Shown piece after piece: positions 9,662 to 18,938 of a stretch of DNA of 32,948 nt. The stretch is from Vicinamibacterales bacterium (GTDB lineage Bacteria; Acidobacteriota; Vicinamibacteria; Vicinamibacterales; UBA2999): positions 1-32,948 of the forward strand of contig DASQAX010000406.1 in assembly GCA_035635535.1 (NCBI GenBank), written 5' to 3'. The position numbers and the translations under genes were made by a program. The notes under the pieces are model-generated. The model did not search any database. It saw nothing but the letters and a program-made list of their open reading frames with translations, and had not been told where the DNA came from. The number at the start of each line of letters is the position of its first letter. The first letter of the stretch is position 1.

Positions 9662-10284
9662 GTGAAATCCGCCAGCAGATCCTCGAGCGCGTCCGCCACT
9701 TCGCCGACCTGGCCGACGAACAGGTGGTTGGCGCGATCGATCTCGACCAGCTCCTTCGGGTCCGCAAGCTGCGCGTAGAACTCGCGCACCTGCTTCAGTG
9801 GAATCAACTCGTCGGCCTCGCCGTGGATGATGAACTTCGGCTTGGCCGACGTCTTCACCACCGCGAAGTCATACCGGTTGACCGGCGGCGCGATGCCGAT
9901 CAACGTGCAGATCCGATCGTCGCGCGCGCCGGCCGTCAGCGCAACGTACGCGCCGAACGAAAAACCCGCGGCCCACAGCTCCTTCCCCGGATACTGCGCA
10001 GCCATGAAATCGACAGCAGCCGTGAAATCCTCACATTCGCCCGGCCCTTCGTCCCATGTGCCGGCACTGCGGCCGACGCCGCGGAAATTGAACCGCAGCA
10101 CCGCGCAGCCGATTCGCGCGAGCGCCTTGGCGCCCTGGTAGACGGCCTTCGTGTGCATCGTGCCGCCGTGCGTCGGCAGCGGATGCGCGAAGACGACGGC
10201 CGAGCGCGCGTCGCCGGCCGGCTGCTCGAGCAGCACCTCCAGTGGTCCTGCCGGACCGGCGATCTCCCGAAGAGGGTCAGGCAA
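9646..10284 (-). CDS. Alpha/beta hydrolase (COG2945-like small serine hydrolase)
   Basis: 'VVFAHPLPTHGGTMHTKAV...LRFNFRGVGRSAGTWDEGPGECEDF' plus the nucleophile elbow 'GFSFG'. TTG start at 10284. Overlaps the upstream gene by 8 nt and the thiolase start by 16 nt. Confidence 0.75.
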   Translation of the reverse strand: MPDPLREIAGPAGPLEVLLEQPAGDARSAVVFAHPLPTHGGTMHTKAVYQGAKALARIGCAVLRFNFRGVGRSAGTWDEGPGECEDFTAAVDFMAAQYPGKELWAAGFSFGAYVALTAGARDDRICTLIGIAPPVNRYDFAVVKTSAKPKFIIHGEADELIPLKQVREFYAQLADPKELVEIDRANHLFVGQVGEVADALEDLLADFTCRTQ

Positions 10285-11083
10285 TCTTCTTTTCGGACTC
10301 AGCGAGGAATCGCGTCACAAGCGATGCAAATTCGTGCGGCCGCGTGATCATCCCGAGATGTCCCGTCCGCACGAGCGTCTCGACCCGCGCCTGCGGCCAC
10401 GCCTTCAGATACTGACGCGTGACCGGCGGCGGGACGATCTTGTCGAGCGCGTCTTCGCCGGTCAGAAGCAGAGCTGGTACTTTGACGCGCGCCAACCCTT
10501 CCTCGATTCTCGCCTGTTCCAGCAGCGACATTCGTCGCGCCATACGGCCGGGGTGGAAGCTGTAGCGGAGCACATTCACTCCGTGGCGCACGGCAGCAAC
10601 GGCTGTGTTCCACATGCCATCGTTGGCAGCGGCGATCTCACGAAGATTCCGCAGCGACCGGACGCAGAACGCTGGCGCGTACAGCCACGGCATGGCCATA
10701 TACCTCCGGCGTCGCGCGTCCGGGCGCCACGACGGATGAAGCGCGGAAGCAAGAATCACCGAAGAGGTGCGCTCGGGATAGCGAATCGCAAACGCCGCCG
10801 CGATGAGACCGCCGTAGGACACCCCGCAGATCGCCGCGCGGTCCAGGCCGCGGGCGTCGAGCGCGTCGCGCACCTGATCGACGTAGTTCCAGAAGCCGAG
10901 CGCCTCGTCGAATCGCGCCCCGGAGGAGGGCTCGTCGGCAAGCGAGAACGTGATGACGCGGCTTCGCTGCGCCAGCGCGTCGATACCCGGCGTCATCCAC
11001 TCCCAGCGCCCCTGCACGCCCGGAATCACGACGACAGGAACACCGGAGCCGCGATCAACGATCCTCATTGAACCTTCTGCCAT
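10277..11083 (-). CDS. Alpha/beta-fold hydrolase
   Basis: 'VVVIPGVQGRWEWM', nucleophile elbow 'GVSYGG', and C-terminal 'TGHLGMITRPHEF' (catalytic His region). Start is ATG 11083, or ATG 11068, which has a better GAAGG upstream. The 370-aa N-terminal part of the 638-aa track ORF is an artefact that overlaps the FadN-like gene. Confidence 0.8.
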   Translation of the reverse strand: MAEGSMRIVDRGSGVPVVVIPGVQGRWEWMTPGIDALAQRSRVITFSLADEPSSGARFDEALGFWNYVDQVRDALDARGLDRAAICGVSYGGLIAAAFAIRYPERTSSVILASALHPSWRPDARRRRYMAMPWLYAPAFCVRSLRNLREIAAANDGMWNTAVAAVRHGVNVLRYSFHPGRMARRMSLLEQARIEEGLARVKVPALLLTGEDALDKIVPPPVTRQYLKAWPQARVETLVRTGHLGMITRPHEFASLVTRFLAESEKKIA

Positions 11084-11103
11084 CGCCCACTGCCCACTGC
11101 CCG

Positions 11104-13323
<2,220 letters not shown>

Positions 13324-13399
13324 CTCGCGATTCTACCGGTTCGTCGTTGGCGAGTCGTTGGTCGTCGGTCGTAGTTTGATATCGTAAGAATCCAACCTC
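13324..13399. promoter_or_regulatory. Divergent control region between the FadN-like operon and the MFS gene; -10-like TAGAAT 6 nt upstream of the FadN ATG (leaderless-type geometry)
   Basis: The minus strand reads ccgg-TAGAAT-cgcgag-ATG (TAGAAT at 13335-13330) with no Shine-Dalgarno. The plus strand reads cgTAAGAATccaacctcGTG before the MFS start. Short direct repeats TCGTTGG/TCGTCGG lie at 13341-13370. No convincing -35 elements. Confidence 0.3.
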
Positions 13400-14620
13400 G
13401 TGGACACCGCGTTCGAAATCCTGGCGACGCTCAGCTTCTGCCATCTGCTCAACGACATGATGCAGTCGCTGATCCCGTCCATCTATCCAATCCTCAAGCA
13501 GAACTTCCAGCTCGATTTCACGCAGGTCGGCCTCATCACCTTCGTCCTGCAGCTGACCGGCGCGCTGCTCCAGCCCGTCGTCGGCCACTACTCGGATCGG
13601 CATCCCAAGCCGTACGCGCTCGCGGCGGGCATGGGCTTCACGCTGCTCGGCATGCTCCTGCTCTCGAAGGCCGGCAGCTTCACGATGGTGCTCGCGGCCA
13701 CGTCGCTCGTCGGTCTCGGCTCGTCGATCTTCCACCCGGAGTCGTCACGGATGGCGCGTGCGGCGTCGGGTGGCCGCCACGGCTTCGCGCAGTCCTTCTT
13801 CCAGGTCGGCGGCAACTTCGGCTCGGCGCTCGGTCCGCTCCTCGCGGCGTTCATCGTGCTGCGGAACGGGCAGTCGAGCATCGCCTGGTTCTCGATCGCC
13901 GCGCTGGTGGCCATGATGTTTCTCGTGCGCGTCGGCAGCTGGTACAAGGGAAGCGGAGCGATGCATGCCGCACGGCGCGCGGCGTCGGCCCGCCACGACG
14001 CGGTGTCGTCGCGCCAGGTCGTGACGGCGGTCCTGATCCTGCTGGCGCTGCTCTTCTCGAAATTCGTGTACCTGGCGAGCCTCGGGAGCTACTACACCTT
14101 CTACCTGATCAGCCGCTTCGGTCTCACGGTGCAAAGCGCGCAGATTCACCTGTTCGTGTTCCTCGGCGCGGTCGCGGCCGGCACGATCGTCGGCGGACCC
14201 GTCGGCGATCGCATCGGCCGTCGCCAGGTGATCCTCGCGTCGATCCTCGGCGTGCTGCCGTTCACGCTGGCGCTCCCGTACGCGAACCTGTTCTGGACGC
14301 GCATCCTCACCGTGATCATCGGGCTGGTGCTCGCCTCCGCGTTCTCGGTGATCGTCGTCTATGCGCAGGAGCTGATGCCGGGGCGCGTCGGCATGATCGC
14401 GGGGCTGTTTTTCGGCGTGGCGTTCGGCATCAGCGGCATCGGGGCAGCGGCGCTTGGGGCGCTCGCGGACCGCACCGACATCTATTACGTCTACCGCCTC
14501 TGTTCGTACCTGCCCGCCATCGGCGTGCTCGCGTTCTGGCTGCCACGCGTGGAGCCTGCGGCAGCGCATCACGACCAGGTCAGTCCCGTCGTGCCGGAGC
14601 TCGAGCCAGCGGCCGAGTGA
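13400..14620 (+). CDS. MFS transporter (Fsr/fosmidomycin-resistance-like subfamily)
   Basis: 406 aa and about 12 hydrophobic segments. The N-terminus 'LSFCHLLNDMMQSLIPSIYPILK..F.L.FTQVGLITFVLQLTGALLQPVVGHYSDR' is characteristic of the Fsr-type MFS family. GTG start. Confidence 0.85.
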   Translation: MDTAFEILATLSFCHLLNDMMQSLIPSIYPILKQNFQLDFTQVGLITFVLQLTGALLQPVVGHYSDRHPKPYALAAGMGFTLLGMLLLSKAGSFTMVLAATSLVGLGSSIFHPESSRMARAASGGRHGFAQSFFQVGGNFGSALGPLLAAFIVLRNGQSSIAWFSIAALVAMMFLVRVGSWYKGSGAMHAARRAASARHDAVSSRQVVTAVLILLALLFSKFVYLASLGSYYTFYLISRFGLTVQSAQIHLFVFLGAVAAGTIVGGPVGDRIGRRQVILASILGVLPFTLALPYANLFWTRILTVIIGLVLASAFSVIVVYAQELMPGRVGMIAGLFFGVAFGISGIGAAALGALADRTDIYYVYRLCSYLPAIGVLAFWLPRVEPAAAHHDQVSPVVPELEPAAE

Positions 14621-15470
14621 GGCACGTCGGCCCGCCGGCGCCCTTGACGCTGATCTCGTCGCCGGCGTACTCGGTCACGCGGGCGCCCGCGCGCTCGAGC
14701 GCGCCGCGCGTCCGCGGATTCCCGGCGAGCATGACGCACTCGCGCGGGCCGAGCGCGAGCACGTTGGTCCCCATCGTGTCGAACTCCCCGGCGGGCACTT
14801 CGACCAGCGCGTAGCCGCGCTCGAGCAGTTCCTGGCGGAACGGGACCGGAAGCAGCGGTGAATACACGACGGCGAGGTCGCTGTCGACAGGGCTGATCAG
14901 CGACATCAGGTGAAGGACGTCGCCGGGGCCGCGCCAATGCGGCAGCGGCACGACGATGATGTCGTCGATCGAGTCGGCGAGGATCGATCGAAGCTGGAGA
15001 ATGCCGTTCTCGTTGGTGCGATAGCCGTGGCCGACCGCGATCGTGCGGTCGTCCAGCCAGACGACGTCGCCCCCCTCGAGGCAGCCCGGCTCGGTGATTT
15101 CGCCGGCGATTGGCACGCCGAGCCTGCGGAACGCCGCCTTCTGCGCCGCCGGCTCGCCCGCGCGAAGGCGCTTGCCCATCCTGCCGAGGATGACGCCCCG
15201 CGAGCAGACGATGGACGCATCCCGCGCGTAGATCGAATCCAGGTTGGTGCGCTCGTCGGCCGGGAGGAAATCGACCTGCGCGCCCGCGCCCTGGAGGATC
15301 CGGAGAAACGCCTCGTATTCCTCGGCGGCGCGCGCGAGCGCGGGGGCGGCGCTGAAGTCGAGCGACTTCCACTGCGCGGCGCACGCCTCGTCGCTCACGA
15401 ATGCCTCGCGCGGATGCTTGACCACCACGCGTTCGAGGCGGCCCGCCTCGGCGAGCGTGCTAGTGGCCAC
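14580..15470 (-). CDS. Amidinotransferase-fold enzyme (dimethylarginine dimethylaminohydrolase / arginine deiminase-related)
   Basis: 'DSIYARDASIV', 'EGGDVVWLDDRTIAVGHGYRTN' and the C-terminal catalytic Cys context 'GAGGPTCLTRPL'. The GTG start overlaps the MaoC stop by 11 nt. The 3' end overlaps the convergent MFS gene by 41 nt. Confidence 0.8.
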   Translation of the reverse strand: MATSTLAEAGRLERVVVKHPREAFVSDEACAAQWKSLDFSAAPALARAAEEYEAFLRILQGAGAQVDFLPADERTNLDSIYARDASIVCSRGVILGRMGKRLRAGEPAAQKAAFRRLGVPIAGEITEPGCLEGGDVVWLDDRTIAVGHGYRTNENGILQLRSILADSIDDIIVVPLPHWRGPGDVLHLMSLISPVDSDLAVVYSPLLPVPFRQELLERGYALVEVPAGEFDTMGTNVLALGPRECVMLAGNPRTRGALERAGARVTEYAGDEISVKGAGGPTCLTRPLARAPARRD

Positions 15471-15927
15471 GCCGCTTCAACAGGTTCATGGCCTTCACCG
15501 ACATGACCACCTCTCCACGTTGATTCAACACCTCGAACAGCGTCCGCACGAGGCCGCGGTCGGGCCTCGATGCCGACGGCCGTGCCTCGACGATGGTCGC
15601 GCGCACGGACAATGTATCGCCCGGCCGCACCGGTCGCGTCCACCTCAACTCGTCGACGCCCGGCGATGCGAGGCTCGCCACGTGGGACAGGAAGTGCTCG
15701 ACGACGAGCCGCATCATCCAGCCGGCCGTCTGCCATCCGCTCGCGATCAGCCCGCCGAACTGCGTGTGCCGCGCCGCGTCGCGATCCTTGTGAAACGGCT
15801 GCGGGTCGTACCGCGTGGCGAACTCGACGATCTCGTCGCCGGTGACGGCGATCGACCCGAATTCGTGAACGTCTCCGGCAACGTAGTCCTCGAAGAACCG
15901 ATCGTCGACGGGCGTGGCAAACGGCAT
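15460..15927 (-). CDS. MaoC-family (hot-dog fold) dehydratase
   Basis: 155 aa with 'FATRYDPQPFHKDRDAARHTQFGGLIASGWQTAGWMMRL', the typical MaoC dehydratase hydratase motif region. Confidence 0.85.
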   Translation of the reverse strand: MPFATPVDDRFFEDYVAGDVHEFGSIAVTGDEIVEFATRYDPQPFHKDRDAARHTQFGGLIASGWQTAGWMMRLVVEHFLSHVASLASPGVDELRWTRPVRPGDTLSVRATIVEARPSASRPDRGLVRTLFEVLNQRGEVVMSVKAMNLLKRRGH

Positions 15928-15936
15928 CGGACGATC

Positions 15937-16740
15937 CTATTTCCAGCGCGTCAGAATCGATTCGCGGTCGAACAGCCGGATGCCGACGGCCATGAGCCCG
16001 ACGTTGAGCGCCGCGAGGCCCGACGAGATCAGCAGCACGAGGCGGCTGGTGAGCTGCAGGTTGTTCGTGAACTCGGCCACGAGCAGCACGCTGATCGGCA
16101 GGATGATCAGCGCGCCGATCTGCTGGGCGCTGCGCGCGTCGTTCACCCGCGACGACACGCAGACGGCCATCTGCAGCGCCGCCAGCGACGCGAGCGGGCC
16201 GAGCAGGAAGATCGTCAGCAGCGCGCGTGGAAAGAACAGCGTGCGATAGACCCCGGGACGGGCCAGCAGCGCGACGCCTCCGACGTAGAGCGCAAAGCAC
16301 GCGGTGGCGAGGACGAGGCCGGGAAGGAGCGCCCCCAGCACCTTGCCGGCGAGCAGCTCGAAGGTCGTGATGGGCGTGGCGAGCAGCGGCTCGAGCGTCC
16401 GTGCCTGCTTTTCGCCGACGACGGCGTAGGCGGCCACCGACATGGCGCCTGCAACCGGGGTGAGGACGAGCAGGATCAGGAACTGCTGGAAGATCAGCGC
16501 CTGGATGGCGCCCTCGGGATCGAGGCTGTGCGTGGCCGGCTGATCGCGGTAGATCTCGAGCGCGATCCTGAAGTCGCTCGAGTCCGCGAGCCGCTCGCCG
16601 GAAAAGTACGGCACCGCGATCGCGATGAGAAACGGCATGACGATCGAGATCGCGCCGGTGATGATCGCCGGGAGGAACACCGCCGGGTTGTTTCGCAGGT
16701 CGGCGAGCTCCTTGCCGAGCAGCGCGGCCATCCGGCTCAT
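15937..16740 (-). CDS. ABC-2 type transporter permease
   Basis: 267 aa and 6 hydrophobic segments. Contains 'VVGEKQARTLEPLLATPITTFELLAGKVLGAL', the conserved E-K-E-xx-T-LE-L motif of ABC-2 permeases. The ATG overlaps the ATPase stop (ATGA). Confidence 0.85.
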   Translation of the reverse strand: MSRMAALLGKELADLRNNPAVFLPAIITGAISIVMPFLIAIAVPYFSGERLADSSDFRIALEIYRDQPATHSLDPEGAIQALIFQQFLILLVLTPVAGAMSVAAYAVVGEKQARTLEPLLATPITTFELLAGKVLGALLPGLVLATACFALYVGGVALLARPGVYRTLFFPRALLTIFLLGPLASLAALQMAVCVSSRVNDARSAQQIGALIILPISVLLVAEFTNNLQLTSRLVLLISSGLAALNVGLMAVGIRLFDRESILTRWK

Positions 16741-17624
16741 GGCGTCCCCTTCTGGAGCAGCCGCAGGTACACCTCCTCGAGCGGTGCCTCGTCCGCGACG
16801 ACCGACACGACATCCGCGCCTGACTGGACCAGCGCGCGCACGATGCCGGGCGTGGCGCGTTCGACGTCGCTCACGGCAATCGACAGCGTCCGGTCTTCGG
16901 TCCGCACGTCGGCACAGGCGGGCTTCAGGACGTCGGCGAACGGAGCGGCGGGCCCGGCGAGCCTGACCAGCACGCGCGAACCGAAGAGCCGCGCGCGCAG
17001 CGCCGCCGGCGTGTCGAGCGCGATGAGCCTGGCGCGCAGCACCGCGACGCGATCGGCGACGCGCTCGACTTCGTCCAGGTTGTGCGTCGAGATGAGGACG
17101 GCGCGCCGCTCGCCGCGCAGCCGCAGGATCAGCTCGCGCACGTCGCGCGCGCTCTCCGGGTCGAGACCCGACGTCGGCTCGTCGAGCAGCACGATGTCCG
17201 GCCGGTGCAGGAGCGTCCGCGCCAGCGCGACGCGCTGCTTCAGCCCCTTGGACAGCTGCGCCGCGCGGTCCTGCTTGCGGCCGCCGATGTCGAACAGATC
17301 GAGCGCTTCGTCGACGGCCCGCGCGGGATCCTCGAGGCCGTGCAGCCGCGCGTAGACCATCAGGTTTCGTTCGACCGTCAGGCGATCCCAGAGGCCCGGC
17401 GCCTCCGTGAGAAAGCCGATGCGGCCACGGACGTCGACGGTGCCGGACGAGGGCTTGATCAGCCCGGCGAGCATCCGGAGCGTCGTTGTCTTGCCCGCGC
17501 CGTTCGGGCCGAGGAGCGCGAAGATTTCACCCGGCGCCAGCTCCAGTGAGACATCGTCCACGGCGACGCGCGCGTCGAAGCGGCGCGTGAGGTGCGCGGC
17601 GACTAACGCGGGCGGCAAGGCCAC
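16737..17624 (-). CDS. ABC transporter ATP-binding protein
   Basis: Walker A 'GPNGAGKTT', Q-loop, signature 'LSKGLKQR', Walker B 'IVLLDEPTSGLD' and H-loop 'ISTHNL'. GTG start at 17624 with no SD, preceded by TAGTTT-ttcttt. Confidence 0.92.
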   Translation of the reverse strand: MALPPALVAAHLTRRFDARVAVDDVSLELAPGEIFALLGPNGAGKTTTLRMLAGLIKPSSGTVDVRGRIGFLTEAPGLWDRLTVERNLMVYARLHGLEDPARAVDEALDLFDIGGRKQDRAAQLSKGLKQRVALARTLLHRPDIVLLDEPTSGLDPESARDVRELILRLRGERRAVLISTHNLDEVERVADRVAVLRARLIALDTPAALRARLFGSRVLVRLAGPAAPFADVLKPACADVRTEDRTLSIAVSDVERATPGIVRALVQSGADVVSVVADEAPLEEVYLRLLQKGTP

Positions 17625-17903
17625 AAAGAAAAACTAGCCACAGAGGTCACAAAGAGCACAAAGGTCAAGGGCACAAAAGAGCAGTCGCCGGGTCGGCCTG
17701 CGCAGCAGGCCGACCGCGGGTGAGGTGCGCCACCCCGGAACAAGCCGCATGGATCGTGGCGCGGTTTGTTCCCGCGTGGCGTACCTCACCCGTGGCCGCC
17801 TTCAGCGGCCCGGCGACCGCTTATCGGTCGATTGTTACCTTCGTGATCTTATGCCTTGGTGCTCTCGGTGCTCTTTGTGGCTCGCCTTCTTCGTGTCCTT
17901 GTC
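17625..17903. other. Unclassified highly structured non-coding island (candidate structured RNA or MITE-like element)
   Basis: No credible ORF. Contains nested inverted repeats. 12 bp perfect: 17648-17659 / 17868-17879. 9 bp perfect: 17684-17692 / 17809-17817. Hairpin 17693-17701 / 17705-17713. Long hairpin 17718-17733 / 17776-17791 (16 bp) continuing at 17737-17748 / 17761-17772 (12 bp). Small hairpins 17794-17810 and 17814-17830. The flanks are arrays of CACNAAGR (left) and YCTTNGTG (right). Confidence 0.6.
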
Positions 17904-18938
17904 CTAGCGTCGGTTGGGATCGAATTCGAAGCAGCCGGGAGTCAGGAGGATGTGGCCGGCGTGCGTGAAGAAGAGGCTGGTCGGGCTGATGATCCCCGTC
18001 GTGCTGAACTGCACCGTGCGCGCCTTGTCGCCGTGCGCGTCGTAGACGTAGGTGAACGGCACGACCATCGAGATCCAGAGCTGTCCCTGCGCGTCCACGC
18101 CGGCGGTGCGGACGATCGGCTGCACGTACGGCACCTCCCGGTCCTCGAGGCGTCGCGTCGGCCACTTCGTCGGCTGCGACGCGACCAGGTCGTCGATCTC
18201 GCGTCCTTCGATGTGACGCTCGAACAGGAGGCTGCCCGCCGCGTCGTACTTGCGGAACATCGGCTGCCCGGTCAGGAAGACGTAGAAGAAGCCGCCGGTC
18301 GGATCGACGAGCGGGAGCCCGGCGTTGAACGCGAGGTTCAGGTCGCGCTCCGCGTACCCCGTGTCGCGCAGCCGCCCGATCGTCCGCTGCGGGACGCCCG
18401 ACGCCGAATACTCGGTGATGAGCGAGCCGCGTTCCGGCTCGCTGATGAAGATCGAGCCGCCGGAGAACTGCAGCGACGAGATCCCGCTCACCGCGTAGTT
18501 GCCGAGAATCACCTGCGGCATCGAGCGGCCGGCGAGGAAGAAGCCGCCGGAGCGCAGCGCGCCCGGCCCGAAGATCTGCAGCCGCTCCTGGCCGCGCGGC
18601 ACGTCGGCGACGACGAAGGACCCCTCCTGCGTCGTATCGAACCCGCCCGGCTGGATGATGCGTCCGTCCTCCTGCCCGACGTCCACCACCTTGCGCGCGG
18701 CCGTCCATTCGGGGTCGATCATGTAGATGGCGTGCGCGCGGCGGTCGAAGACGAAGTAGTAGCCGTTGGCGACCTGCTGGAAGGCGACGGGCTCTTCGAA
18801 CAGCCCGCTGATGTGCGGCGGGAGCGCGCCGACCGGGCGCAGGACGTCGACGCGGACGGCCGCATAGGGGCCGACCTTCGGGAGGGCCCCCGCGGCGACG
18901 AGCAGAAAGCAGAGCAGCGCGAGCTTAGTACGCGGCAA
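17904..18938 (-). CDS. Secreted hypothetical protein (possibly beta-propeller-like; no family recognised)
   Basis: 344-aa ORF with good coding character and signal peptide '[19 protein letters not shown]'. TTG start at 18938 overlaps the E1 stop by 14 nt. Repeated beta-strand-rich segments, but I recognise no motif. Confidence 0.6.
   Translation of the reverse strand: MPRTKLALLCFLLVAAGALPKVGPYAAVRVDVLRPVGALPPHISGLFEEPVAFQQVANGYYFVFDRRAHAIYMIDPEWTAARKVVDVGQEDGRIIQPGGFDTTQEGSFVVADVPRGQERLQIFGPGALRSGGFFLAGRSMPQVILGNYAVSGISSLQFSGGSIFISEPERGSLITEYSASGVPQRTIGRLRDTGYAERDLNLAFNAGLPLVDPTGGFFYVFLTGQPMFRKYDAAGSLLFERHIEGREIDDLVASQPTKWPTRRLEDREVPYVQPIVRTAGVDAQGQLWISMVVPFTYVYDAHGDKARTVQFSTTGIISPTSLFFTHAGHILLTPGCFEFDPNRR

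Noticed and set aside
14580-14620. 41-nt 3'-3' overlap of the convergent MFS and DDAH-like genes.
   Set aside because: Both C-termini look genuine (GGPTCLTRPL is close to the end in this family), but the tails are non-conserved-looking. Such overlaps are common in compact GC-rich genomes. I noted it only as a possible site of antisense interference.
17716-17762. Resemblance of GCGGGTGAGGTGCGCCACCCCGGAACAAGCC...GGCGC to the guanidine-III (ykkC-III) riboswitch core as I remember it (..ACGAGGUGCGCC..CCCGG..ACAAG..GGCGC).
   Set aside because: The spacing to the 3' GGCGC is longer than in the motif. The segment is instead fully absorbed in a near-perfect 30-bp hairpin. It is on the plus strand with no downstream plus-strand gene to regulate. 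The shared words are short and GC-rich. A cmscan with RF01763 would settle it.
17838-17906. In-frame continuation after the TAG stop of the 344-aa gene: 22 sense codons (DKDTKKASHKEHREHQGIRSRR) and then TAA, a possible readthrough extension.
   Set aside because: The charged peptide is simply the translation of the purine-rich CACNAAGG repeat array. There is no evidence for suppression or recoding signals.
17720-17968. Plus-strand ORFs of 82 aa (17720-17968) and 60 aa (17725-17907) inside the structured island.
   Set aside because: They have no SD and atypical composition. The 82-aa ORF runs antisense into the 3' end of the secreted-protein gene. Both are more simply explained as chance open frames across palindromic GC-rich sequence.
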